Positions 29,496 through 39,869 are shown, counted from the stretch's first letter. The stretch: DNA of 64,000 bases from Opitutales bacterium (GCA_965197745.1 CBDANS010000004.1:128001-192000); one strand, 5' to 3'. Translations and numbers: made by a program. The notes: generated by a model from the sequence alone, not told the origin.

Positions 29496-30055
29496 GATGA
29501 ATACACGCGTCAATGTCTGGATATCAGAGTAGCTCGTCAACTCACCTCTAAGGACATCCGCACTGTTCTCAGCAAGACCATTGAAAAAGAGGGTGTTTCC
29601 AGCTATATCCGTAGTGACAACGGCAGTGAGTTCATTGCTCATCAAGTGCAGCAGTGGTTATCCAACAAAAAGATCAAGGCGATCTATAGCGATCCGGGCA
29701 GTCCCTGGCTACCGAGCGAAGCGACTCCTCAACGAGCGATAGCGAGAATAACAAACGGTTTCATCGAGTCATTTCACAACCGCTTACCCGATGAGTCTTT
29801 GAACCGTGAAGTGTTGCTCAGCGTGGCTGAAGCCCAATGGGTAATCGAACAATGGCGTCAGACCTACAATAATGAACATCCCTACAGTCATTTAGGCTTT
29901 AATAGCCCACAAGAGTTTGTCAGATTCCTTTCCGATCCTGGCGAAGTGAGGGCGTAGCCCGAACGTGGCCAGGATCTCTCCTATTCATCAACCCTAAAAC
30001 CATTAATCCCCGATACTCTTTAACTTAAACGTATACAAATAATGGAGCCCGATCA
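29496..30055 (+). mobile_element. IS3-family remnant (3' half of OrfB plus right end)
   Basis: DEYTRQCL, IRSDNGSEF, PGSPW..NGFIESF; ends ...gagcccgatca like the other IS3 ends. Confidence 0.8.
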
Positions 30056-30160
30056 GTGTTTTAATCAGTTGTTGCAGTTGATGTAAGTTTTCTATAGGAA
30101 CTTTTCAGATGTGGTATTCTTCTATCAAAAGAATCCAAATCATTGTTAAACAGCCCTATT

Positions 30161-31414
30161 TTAGAATTTAATATCAGTCTGCAGCCAGAACTTCTGCCGA
30201 TCTGCAAAACCATTTTCACCGTTAAAATAACTGTATTTCGCCAGTATTGACCAGTGCTTATTCATCTTTCTGGAGATGACAGCATCTATCTCATAGCCGT
30301 AGTCCTGACTACCTTCCTCAGCTGTGAACCAATGGCCAGTAATTTTAGCTGGCAGATCTTTCATTAAAGAAATTCCTGCCATCAAATAAATATCTTCCAG
30401 CCCTTGAGATGGGGTAGAGAGAAAAACATCACTCCATCCATTAAATTTATGCAAAGTGGCTAATGGGGTACGAAAACCCTGGTTGTTGTCGCTACCCAAA
30501 AGTTCGTAACCGGCACCCAATGTCAAACACTTATAGGTTGATGCGGTAACATGAAAATAATTGGCTTCGTAATTTGATGGATTATTGTTGGCATCTGTCT
30601 GATGTGCAAACTCGACATGCCATTTGAGGATCATTTCATTTTCGCTTTTGCGCGAACCTGAATACTGCATTCCATAGGTATTGCTTGAATTAGCTGCAGC
30701 ATTATTGAGATCCAGAAGATAGGCATAAAGGGTAAGTTTAGTGGATTTCTGGCCCTTGTAATCCATTTTGATCAAATGTGAACTGGATTTAAATTCCCGT
30801 TGCGCGGGTTGGGGAGCATCGTCTCCAAAAATACGATGCACCGTGTCGATATAACCATAATAAAAAATAAAATCGGGTATACTTTGATTTGTTACCGTGA
30901 CCGCATCATAGGTCTGTTCATTTTGACGGAATCCGACATTGCCGATAAAACGGGCATTATCCAAGATGATCCGTTGTCGACCAATTATTGTTGTCGTATC
31001 AAATCCTGTAATACTAACTTGAGCTCGATTTAATTCAGTTCCTTCAGGATCGGCAATTACCGTTCGGCCTGGTTGTGGGTAGGGATTAAAATTACCCTCC
31101 GATCCAATCACCCGAATATCCTCCATTTCTATCAAGGCAGAAATTCCGTTAAAACTACCAGTTTTAAAGCCCAACCGCGTACGTAACGTTACAGCGTTAG
31201 AATCATCACGGCCATCCTGATCGGCAGTTTCATAGCGCGGGCGGACATTTAGAATAATTTTGCTCTCCTTGAGCAAAGGGGGCATCTCTTTTTGTAAAAT
31301 TCGCCCTAATTCAAGTCCTTCTTGTCCCTCACAATAAAACACGAACAGGTTGAAAAGTCCGGTGGTAATTAAAAGCCTGTTAAGCCACATACATTTTAAT
31401 GCGATCAGTTTCAT
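30161..31414 (-). CDS. Alginate export family outer-membrane porin
   Basis: RPRYE, TLRTRLG, GRQRI.LDN.RFIGNVGFRQNEQTYD, FRTPLATLHKFNGWSD, terminal F. Confidence 0.85.
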   Translation of the reverse strand: MKLIALKCMWLNRLLITTGLFNLFVFYCEGQEGLELGRILQKEMPPLLKESKIILNVRPRYETADQDGRDDSNAVTLRTRLGFKTGSFNGISALIEMEDIRVIGSEGNFNPYPQPGRTVIADPEGTELNRAQVSITGFDTTTIIGRQRIILDNARFIGNVGFRQNEQTYDAVTVTNQSIPDFIFYYGYIDTVHRIFGDDAPQPAQREFKSSSHLIKMDYKGQKSTKLTLYAYLLDLNNAAANSSNTYGMQYSGSRKSENEMILKWHVEFAHQTDANNNPSNYEANYFHVTASTYKCLTLGAGYELLGSDNNQGFRTPLATLHKFNGWSDVFLSTPSQGLEDIYLMAGISLMKDLPAKITGHWFTAEEGSQDYGYEIDAVISRKMNKHWSILAKYSYFNGENGFADRQKFWLQTDIKF

Positions 31415-31490
31415 TGAGGATCATATTCTTTAATAACGTTATTTTCTCAAAAATAGCGAAATACTGCTGTGCATGGTTTCATTTATATAT

Positions 31491-31950
31491 TGACCTGCCC
31501 CCGTTTACTGTACCAGAGCCAGTGTTAGATCCGGCAGGATGGTAAGAGTTTTGATTTGATTAGTCCAGAGAACTGTAATCTTTGGATATTATAATTGAGC
31601 CGCCAGGATTCAACTTTTTTTTATTCTTTAACTTCAGTCGATATGCAAAATATCTCGGTGTTAAGAAGTTCATGGTTGGACCCCGTTTTTCGTACCAATT
31701 TTTAAGTGAGAGAGTTACCGGGTGTGACCTGCTCCCGTTTACTGTACCAGAGCCAGTGTTAGTTCCGGCAGGGTGGTATGGGTTTAAATTTGCTTAGACA
31801 TGGCTCTGTGGGCGTATTCGGCCGGAGGCCGATAGCCCAGAGAACTGTGTGGTCTTTGAGTATTATAATCAAGCTGTAAAAGGCTTCAAGTTTTTCTTTC
31901 ACTTCAGCCGGTATACATAATATTTCGGTGTTAAGAAATTCATCTCATAA
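31491..31950 (-). mobile_element. Two tandem decayed IS3 3'-end remnants
   Basis: TGACCTGCYCCCGTTTACTGTACCAGAGCCAGTGTTAG at 31491 and 31725; minus strand retains EFLNTEI and YNTQRPHSSLGYRPP-like residues. Confidence 0.65.
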
Positions 31951-31977
31951 GCGTCAATGGACGGCTAACAGCTCTGC

Positions 31978-32991
31978 CTACTGCATATTCAAGTAATATT
32001 CCAGTAAGGTCTCCGTTCCTCCTGGTATTAGGGCCTGTCGGTTGTTCGTGGTCGGAGTATAGCCGTGTTCACGCTCGAAGCTATCGGGGAGTCCATCTTT
32101 ATTGACATCTTCAAAAAGTGGGTTGCTTTTCGTTATACGTAGATTTCCTAAAGTCGTATAAAATTCAGACCCCAGGGTGATGATTATATTATTTTCTCCG
32201 GCAACGTAGTCTAAGTCCGCGAGCCATAGTATTTCATAAATATAAAGATCCAAATAAAGATCCCAAATACCCGCTTCGCTATCCAAACGTAAGGTAAGCG
32301 TCTTCGGTACTTTTGCTTTCCCGCCTGGCTCAAGCCCAAAATAGATACCCGTGTTAATCCATTCGTCACCGTCCAGGACTCTGATGTATCCGCTCGGGAT
32401 ATTGTCCTCATTGGCATACCATTGAAAATCTAAAACCGCTCCGGCAACATTCAATCTGGTGGGATTCTCGGAATTTACGCTCACCGATGGAATGATGGTA
32501 AAAGAGCAGAAAATTACTTCCTCCTCCAAAGGCACTTCTATTTGCACTTCTCCTATCCCGCTCATGATTACAGATCTGAGGGCCCCCTGCTCATCATTCG
32601 CTTTCGCATCCACCACCGCGTTACCCGTAGTCGTAACAGCACCCGGTAAAATTCTGTCTGAGGATCCACTCGCTGTTACCTCTATCGGCTTTGGCGTCGA
32701 GAACGCGCTCCAACTCCCCGTCGAACCTGTGCGATAACTAACCCATAGATAGGGAATCTTCGCCGTTATTTCCTCCGGGTCGTCAGACCAGGAAGGAGGA
32801 AAGTATTCATCTCGATCCCTCGCACTCGCAGGAATGGGCGGGCGGATTGAAGTGACCGTGCGGCGATAAATATATTCGATTCCATCGCCGTCTTCATTAA
32901 CATTGGCGGTAATATCAGTACTTTGAGCATTAGCTAATTGGTATACTGAAAATATGAATATACAAAGACTGGATCCCCATTGTGCTTTCAT
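31978..32991 (-). CDS. Hypothetical secreted protein with C-terminal Ca-binding-like DxNxDGLPD motif
   Basis: Signal peptide; DVNKDGLPDSFE. Confidence 0.65.
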   Translation of the reverse strand: MKAQWGSSLCIFIFSVYQLANAQSTDITANVNEDGDGIEYIYRRTVTSIRPPIPASARDRDEYFPPSWSDDPEEITAKIPYLWVSYRTGSTGSWSAFSTPKPIEVTASGSSDRILPGAVTTTGNAVVDAKANDEQGALRSVIMSGIGEVQIEVPLEEEVIFCSFTIIPSVSVNSENPTRLNVAGAVLDFQWYANEDNIPSGYIRVLDGDEWINTGIYFGLEPGGKAKVPKTLTLRLDSEAGIWDLYLDLYIYEILWLADLDYVAGENNIIITLGSEFYTTLGNLRITKSNPLFEDVNKDGLPDSFEREHGYTPTTNNRQALIPGGTETLLEYYLNMQ

Positions 32992-33274
32992 TATTTTTAC
33001 TCTCTTTTGTTTAGAAATAGCATTAATTTCTATCCAATATCTCCCATATGAATATTCATAATCGTTGAAAATCGCAATTTTCTAATATTTCGAAGGAAAT
33101 TGCTGCTTCCAATATAATGTGGCAATCTCTTCTTTCGTTACTTGATGATTAAATCGGCAGTATTTAATAATTATTGCTGAATTTCCCTCTGCCTTGGTTT
33201 TTATGAGTTTATACCTTAAAGCTCTAATTATCAAGTGTTTTACCTTTTAGGGAAGGATTAACTGGTGCATGAAG

Positions 33275-33350
33275 TGATCGTACCCCTTTATTCGTACCAA
33301 TTTAAGTGAGAGAGTTACCGTGTATTTGACCTGCTCCCATTTACTGTACC
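33275..33350. repeat. IS3-end-derived ~75-bp repeat (also at ~31677-31750)
   Basis: cgtaccaatttaagtgagagagttaccg followed by tgacctgctccc.tttactgtacc. Confidence 0.65.
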
Positions 33351-33662
33351 TGATAATGCCTTTTGAAACTGCCGAGGGCCAAGATGAATTAAGTGCCTAT
33401 CAGATTATGGATATGCAAATGGCTCAGGAACTTGAAGCAGCGCTAAATGAAGGACTGAGGAAAAAACCGGTAGATGAAATTGGCCTGCAAGCTTTAAAAT
33501 CAAGAGTTCAGGCCATTAGAAATAGCGTTCTCCCTCAGGAGATGCATGCACCTGTTGTGCCCCCTGAAAGAACACCGAAACTGGAACCGACTGAGTAACG
33601 CAAGCTGCAGGTGAAACCAACATCGCTATGATCCGTAGAGGGCACAGACAAAAGACATTCCA

Positions 33663-34817
33663 ATGCTCATAGCAGATCAAAATGAAGCTCATGGCGTTAC
33701 CCTTGAGGAGTATATAGCACTTCCCGCGGATGAGAAGAAACAGGTGTTGCGTGAGGGGCCAGAAAAAGTTCTCGATGACCTCTCGATGCTGCTTGAACTG
33801 CACACGATCAGCCTGCGAGATGAATCCTCGATGATAGTTCGGCTAATGGCAGCAGAATCTTCAGGCAGGCTTATGCACGAGCTTCAATGGGACAAAGCGA
33901 GGAATGTCTCCCTCCTCCCTGAATTTTCCCATGAAGATTCAGCCGCGTTCCAAGAGGCCCTGGTTGCCGCGTTATGGGATGATCATAAACAAGTTCGTGG
34001 ATCTGCTGTGGACGCCTTACCCCTTTTAGCACCCCCGAATCCACAGATTGAAGCGATTATTATAGAGGCCTATGAAGAAAACAGAATCCTAGTAGCCGAA
34101 CCCTACGAAAGTATGGCGCAAGTTGGATTCAACTCCGACCGTTTTGTGGCATTAGCCCTGAAACTGGTGCAGTCGAAATATACTTATTTTATAGCAGCCA
34201 AAGTCCTGGCTAAGTTCACACAGGAGGTTGCCTTGGATACGCTCATTGAATTGGCGGGATCAAAGGAAGTGCCCGCCAGCATGCGAGATGCTGCAGTGGA
34301 GGCATTGGCGGCTTATGGTCGGAGAGCGATGCGCGCCAAACCTGTGCTCGAAAGAATAATCGAGGATCACCCCAAACGTGGGGAAACACGGAAATATACT
34401 TACAAGGTTCCAGCTAGCGAGCTGCAACCCGGCCAAAGCTTTATTAGGTTCTTAGTAGACTACGAAACCATGAAATCTGACAGTATTGGTGTCACTGCAG
34501 CCCGCACGCTGGAGGCGATTACCTTAGACAAGCCCAAAGTCGCTAGTCATTACATGAATCCGAAAAAATTAGTTCAATTATGGCCTTTAGCTCTGCCTGA
34601 AGAGGCTCAGGTACTGAATGCGAGTTCCACTGAGTTGGATAAGCCGAATAAGCTCCCCTCTCAGATAGCCTATAAACAAGAACGATCCAAGGAAGAGCCT
34701 GAAACTGGTTACAGGGCGGATTCTCCAGAAAATCTACGGGAGCATACCTGGATATGGCTGGGAGATTTAGTTCTGGTGATAATTGCAGTTTGGATAGTGC
34801 TCAAGCCCCGCAGGTGA
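33663..34817 (+). CDS. HEAT-repeat-like protein with C-terminal membrane anchor
   Basis: VRGSAVDAL, MRDAAVEALAAYG..A.PVL repeats; terminal hydrophobic segment followed by KPRR. Confidence 0.65.
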   Translation: MLIADQNEAHGVTLEEYIALPADEKKQVLREGPEKVLDDLSMLLELHTISLRDESSMIVRLMAAESSGRLMHELQWDKARNVSLLPEFSHEDSAAFQEALVAALWDDHKQVRGSAVDALPLLAPPNPQIEAIIIEAYEENRILVAEPYESMAQVGFNSDRFVALALKLVQSKYTYFIAAKVLAKFTQEVALDTLIELAGSKEVPASMRDAAVEALAAYGRRAMRAKPVLERIIEDHPKRGETRKYTYKVPASELQPGQSFIRFLVDYETMKSDSIGVTAARTLEAITLDKPKVASHYMNPKKLVQLWPLALPEEAQVLNASSTELDKPNKLPSQIAYKQERSKEEPETGYRADSPENLREHTWIWLGDLVLVIIAVWIVLKPRR

Positions 34818-35231
34818 GAAATGCAGTTGCTGTCAATCAAGTTTCAATCGCATTAACCGGAAGAATCGACAACAAGCGATCTATAACGCAGATGAGAACC
34901 TCATAACAGCAGGGAATAGAAGCTGGGACATGAACGGATTGCACAGCCTCGAGCACTAGTCCTACTGGACGATGCTGGGCATGTAAGTAGAGGATGTTCG
35001 ACCCTTTATCCGGGCAGCGCAGTCAGACGGTAATCCGGTGGAGGGAACTGTCCTATTACTTTTTGATATACCTGTAAATCTCACCCATCCTTTCTATCCC
35101 TTAATGCATCAGGGGGAGCGAATTTAAATCAACACTTCCAATTGCGTCCAATAACGGCTTGCCCATCCCAGGTTCCAAGCTACTGTCCTCCGCAGCAGCA
35201 ATCCGAGTAATCCCTTCAATCAATGTATACC

Positions 35232-36146
35232 ATGAAAAAAAGACAAAAAGTTACCATCATCCTCTTGTTGGCTATTATGGTTCTTGGAGGAGCGTTTCTA
35301 TCTATCAGGACTCTCAATCGAAAGGATTTGCGGGTGAAGGTAGGCACGGGCGAATTCCCCCTTATTTTTGAAGATGGCGATTATGAGGATCTCGACAGGG
35401 CCAGGTTAATCTGGACGGTCAATAACCTCTATGAATCTGTTTATGATTACGAGGTTATTCCGACAGATTCTTATAAATTTTACGTGGGTGGACGTGTAGT
35501 GGAATTAAAATTCTTTCTACATGAATTAGGAAGGAGATATGGTCCTAAGATTTCATATGAAATTGGCTACTACGGCATTGTTGAAGAGGATGGAATTCAT
35601 CACCTTATTTTGACTCGGGAGTTCATCGAAGCGTTTATCGAGGCCTCATCAAAGTATGTGGAAGTCACCGATGAATTAAACAACTTCATCGACCGGCTCA
35701 ATCGGATAAATTCGGCAGAGATCGATAACCTAACTGAAGCCGAGGTCGATTCCATGTACTATATCGATCCTAATATCAATGAAGACGATTCTGATCTAGA
35801 GGATAGGAGGGAAGGTCTAAGAGTATTTACAGTAGATAAGCACTACCAATCTACCAATGTTTTATGGATTGAAGAGAGCATAGAAGTAGGGCGTTACTTG
35901 TTTGGAGAGAATGCAAAACCTATGATTGTTGGGGAAGCGATCTTTTATACGAATAAGGACAATCTTCCATGGTGGTATTCGGATGATACCACGGATTTTA
36001 ATGCGCTTTCCCCACCGTTGAACTTTGATTCGCGCATACATACCGATCCGGATACAGAACCCTTTGTTTGGGTGCCTGCTGACAAGTGCGCATTCCTCTA
36101 CGTTAATGGACAATGGAAGATAGCAGATATCATGCCGGGAACATAA
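35232..36146 (+). CDS. Hypothetical membrane-anchored acidic protein
   Basis: N-terminal TM after MKKRQK; ORF of about 304 aa. Confidence 0.65.
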   Translation: MKKRQKVTIILLLAIMVLGGAFLSIRTLNRKDLRVKVGTGEFPLIFEDGDYEDLDRARLIWTVNNLYESVYDYEVIPTDSYKFYVGGRVVELKFFLHELGRRYGPKISYEIGYYGIVEEDGIHHLILTREFIEAFIEASSKYVEVTDELNNFIDRLNRINSAEIDNLTEAEVDSMYYIDPNINEDDSDLEDRREGLRVFTVDKHYQSTNVLWIEESIEVGRYLFGENAKPMIVGEAIFYTNKDNLPWWYSDDTTDFNALSPPLNFDSRIHTDPDTEPFVWVPADKCAFLYVNGQWKIADIMPGT

Positions 36147-37742
36147 TTCGATCGACTGGGATGAAGCAGTTGACCGAGTAAGCTAGCAAAGACAGCCATG
36201 GTTAAGGAAGAGAAGCTAAAGGATGATGGGATTAATCATGTTTAATCTACGTGCTTCAGTATTGAGTCGGCATTCACCAACCTTACAAAGTATATCCATT
36301 ATTTTGTATGGTTGATACTATTGCAATTTCCAGTAACCCCGACGCTTGAATGGAACCTGGCTTTCTGCTTGATCTCGCGAATAACCTCCCATGTCAATCA
36401 GAGCGTTTCAGTTATGCTTGAGCAAATTCCGGGTTGTACATAATATCTCGTCGCTCTGAAGTGGCAGGACATTTTGGATCCCTGCATTACCTGTGGATAG
36501 CGTCTCACTTCGCCTGCTAACTCATGTTCCTCTTGCGAAGGGAGGACAGAGACTGCCCATTCATCGACTTCACCGCTCTCGAACAGTTGGTTGCGTACCT
36601 CGCCGGGAAAGCCTGGATGGATAGTGTATCGGCTGCCTCAGAATTTTCAGCCAACGAGAGAATCTTTAGCAGATCAATGGGTGAGCCCGGTTCCCTCAGC
36701 CATTGCAACCTCTTTCTCTTTTATATCAGCGATCGAAGTGACCTCATGCTCCATCCCGCTGGTATATCTTGCTGTTAATTGCTACCTTTGCGGGTATGTG
36801 CAATCTGTTGGTAAGGCATAGAGTTTGTCCTTGAGCGAAGGCAGTTTGGATTGTTGATAGAGCCAACGTCGATAGCCTCCGCATATGCGCCGATGAAAAC
36901 TTCAGGGTTCTACGGTTCAGTCTTAAAACAACCAGCCAAAGCACCCCTGGCACGAGTAGGACTGAAATGATATTAACTTGAGACTTCATCATCATTCTGT
37001 ACTTGTCCTAATCCTGGTCGGGCGGAGAGCTTTTTTAAGCATTCTTTGCTGTCTTTTGGTTGTGCTTTCCGGAAAGCCAGTAGCAAGCGTGAAGTCGGCT
37101 CCATCGCCATCAGCGCCATTGCCATAAGGGGTGCGCAGTGAAGTCCAGTAACAGCTAACAAGGATCATTTGAAGAACGGATCCTCGGTCCCGTTTACCCT
37201 ATGAATACATTCCGTAGATATCTCTCCAGGAGAAACTCGTGGAAGAGGCAACAGTGTAACCTCGGAGTTGACTAATCCCTGCTGGAGTCTGCCGTACTGC
37301 ATAAACGGTGAGTGTGGGTTAGCTAGCAAACTCATTGCTTGCAGTTGTGAGCAACATCTCGGTTTTGGGGCGTACAGCTTCATACTCAAATACAGATTAC
37401 TTTTTCTAATGCAAATACCTACCCCGCTAGCGGCAAAGGAAGAGCCAAAAGAGAAATTTACATACGGGAATGTATTAAATAAAAAGAACCCTCAAACCAT
37501 CAGTTAAATAATGCATTTTTTACCTGTAACCCGAACAACTGATCTGAAACCTGAGTTTCTGTGAATCTGCTTCTTCAGGAAATCTGGAGGTGTCATTAGA
37601 ACTAGAGGTCCAGTTGCGATTGGACTTGTCTCTACTGGGCGCATAAATTTATTGTTTTTCATCACAAGGGTCACTTAATGGACATTAAATCTATTCAAAA
37701 ATTCTTGGCCGATTCCTGGCTGAAGATCACCAAAAAAGTATG

Positions 37743-37762
37743 ATTCCTGCCCATTCCTGCCA
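37743..37762. repeat. Tandem 10-bp repeats, candidate integrase arm-type sites
   Basis: ATTCCTGCCC ATTCCTGCCA; related ATTCCTTCCC at 7271-7280. Confidence 0.5.
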
Positions 37763-37881
37763 AACATTTTGAAGCAACGCCGGGAAATCAAAGGAAAACA
37801 TAAGTTATTATTGAATCGCTATTTAAGTGTAACTCATTATTATTAAATAACTTCTGATATTTTACTAATTCCAGTTCATAG

Positions 37882-37898
37882 TCGATATCAGCTTCCGT
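37882..37898. repeat. Right attachment site of island (attR-like)
   Basis: tcgatatcagcttccgt, see 7224-7240. Confidence 0.75.
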
Positions 37899-37919
37899 TG
37901 AGCACTCTTTCTCAGCCAT
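37887..37919 (-). CDS. 5' fragment (MAEKECSTEAD) of the split ECF sigma gene
   Basis: ATG at 37919; joins in frame through the att core to TDIALMQQIG at 7228. Confidence 0.7.
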
Positions 37920-38464
37920 AGTATAATAATCCAGGCATGGTTGAAGTCCCTGCCATGATATAATTTGCAGGTTCTGCGGGTTCACAACCTATTAATCACA
38001 CACTACCGGTAAAAGTTGCAGAAATTATTCGATATGCAAGGCAGGTTAAGAACGGTAAGAAGGCCTGATTATGGAGGTCTTTAAGATCCTGATACAAGGG
38101 GATACAGTATTTTCTATGTATTAACAATTGCACAGAGCGGACGACTTTCAACGCCCTGCTTTAAACCGTGTAACTTTGAGCAGGTTTTTCACAAAGCATT
38201 ACATTTCTGCATCACAATAAGATGTGAATAGTGTTAATAAGTTGATTTTTAAAGGCTTGAAGCGGTGTATAAATATCTGAACAAGGCGTCAGTAACAAAT
38301 AATAACTCTGCCTTGCTGCCTGCAATTAAATTGCAGATACCTATAATTAGACCTTACCGAATAATCTTAAAAAAGGAGAAAATCAGTCAATCGAGACCCC
38401 GAATATGCGTATAAGCTTCATCGTAAACAAAAAAAAGTTTATTTTTATTAATCAAAAACTATTG

Positions 38465-38512
38465 ACACTACATCTTGTGTTGTTAGTAAGTGGTTTCCCC
38501 AATATGTTGTGG
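38465..38512 (+). promoter_or_regulatory. Tandem NrdR boxes overlapping a TTGACA -35
   Basis: acactacatcttgtgt (38465) and ccccaatatgttgtgg (38497), 32 bp apart, upstream of nrdB. Confidence 0.8.
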
Positions 38513-38700
38513 CCGTTCTCAATAAAAACCACCCTTAAAAGAATTTATTTCAAAAATATAGCCTTTCTATTGGGGCCGTCACCATTGCGACGCATCACTT
38601 GTTCTTTATATTGGATGAATGCAGCCAGTAACCGTGGCTGCAGTTCATATACCCTGTAGTCCCAGCCTGGGGATAATCTTCAACCGTTCTTTCACCACTC

Positions 38701-39783
38701 ATGCAAACTACTTACACAATTGGTAGTAAGACGTTCGTCCTGGACCGCGATAAGGCTGAAGCAGCGTTCGCGGCTAAAAAGATCATTAATGGTCGTGAGA
38801 CGATGTATTTCAATATACTCCCTCTAAAATACCAGTGGGCCTACGAACTGTATAAAAGAATGAAGGCCAATCATTGGGAACCTGAAGATATTCCCATGCA
38901 AAAAGACTGCGAGCACTGGCGCTCCAGTGAAATCTCCGATATTGAGCGATGGATCATAAAAATGGGAATTGGTTACTTTTCCGCGGCTGAGGGCATCGTG
39001 GGTGACAATTTACTCCATGTTGTCAGGGAAGCGGTCACCGCGCCGGAACTCAAAATGGTGATAGGCAGGCATGCCCACGAAGAAAATATTCACGCTGATT
39101 CGCTTATTTACATGCTCAGTTCTCTCGGAATCAATCCCCATGAAGCAGAAGCGATGTTTGATGATGTAGAGACAATAAAGCGAAAAAATGACTTTGTCGT
39201 AAGCAATTCCAAGGATCTGCGGCGAAACCTTGATCTAACAAAAACCGAAAACAAGCAATTATTAGCTAAAAATATATTCCTGTTCGGCCAGTGTATGGAG
39301 GGGACTCAATTTTACGGGTTATTTGGGATGATACTCGCTCTCTACCGCCAGAATAAATTTCCCGGTATCGGGCAGATGTTCCGTTACACCCTGCGTGATG
39401 AATCCAATCATATTGAGCTTCAGCGCTATTTACTGATGGACCTGGTGGAGGAAAATCCAGACGTCTGGACCCCGGAGTTTAAGCAGGAATTAACCGAAAC
39501 GATGGCTGAAGCTGTGAAATTGGAAAAAGAATTTATACTGGATTGCCTGCCTGTTAACGCGGTGGGCCTAAGTGCAGATGAGTTTATCCAGTACATAGAC
39601 TTCATAGCCGATCGCCGCATGGAGGGGGTAGGGTTGAAACCCTTTAATCCGGGAGTGAAGAATCCATTCCCCTGGCTGGCTGAATTGATGGACATTAAGA
39701 AGGAGCAAAACTTTTTCGAAGGTCGTGTCACCGAATATCAGAAATCATCCGCTCTGGAAGCGGGTGATGACGACGAATTGTAA
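38701..39783 (+). CDS. nrdB: Ribonucleotide reductase class I beta subunit (class Ic-type residues)
   Basis: HWEPEDI, AAEGIV, EENIH, MEG, RDESNH, NFFEGRVTEY. Confidence 0.93.
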   Translation: MQTTYTIGSKTFVLDRDKAEAAFAAKKIINGRETMYFNILPLKYQWAYELYKRMKANHWEPEDIPMQKDCEHWRSSEISDIERWIIKMGIGYFSAAEGIVGDNLLHVVREAVTAPELKMVIGRHAHEENIHADSLIYMLSSLGINPHEAEAMFDDVETIKRKNDFVVSNSKDLRRNLDLTKTENKQLLAKNIFLFGQCMEGTQFYGLFGMILALYRQNKFPGIGQMFRYTLRDESNHIELQRYLLMDLVEENPDVWTPEFKQELTETMAEAVKLEKEFILDCLPVNAVGLSADEFIQYIDFIADRRMEGVGLKPFNPGVKNPFPWLAELMDIKKEQNFFEGRVTEYQKSSALEAGDDDEL

Positions 39784-39869
39784 TACCCCCTTTCACCTTT
39801 ACCTGTTCAATTATGTTATGGCTATAGACTACTCTGCCCTCACTTATTTGAACCCGAAAAATTAAGAAG

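Larger units (their letters stand above)
7228..37893. mobile_element. Tyrosine-integrase genomic island (~30.66 kb) inserted in the ECF sigma gene
   Basis: Integrase at left end, direct-repeat att cores, host gene split in frame, dense IS/pseudogene cargo between core-gene flanks. Confidence 0.8.

Noticed and set aside
33320..33598. 92-aa ORF as the N-terminus of the HEAT-repeat gene
   Set aside because: Different frame, start lies within IS-end DNA, and no homology evidence to join them
36500..37510. Cluster of 60-85 aa ORFs as toxin-antitoxin or excisionase genes
   Set aside because: No recognisable motifs, and they overlap on both strands; probably decayed DNA
37788..37985. 65-aa ORF as an independent gene
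   Set aside because: Better explained as the sigma 5' fragment reading through attR into island DNA
38405..38659. 84-aa ORF upstream of nrdB
   Set aside because: Overlaps the promoter and NrdR boxes; no protein features
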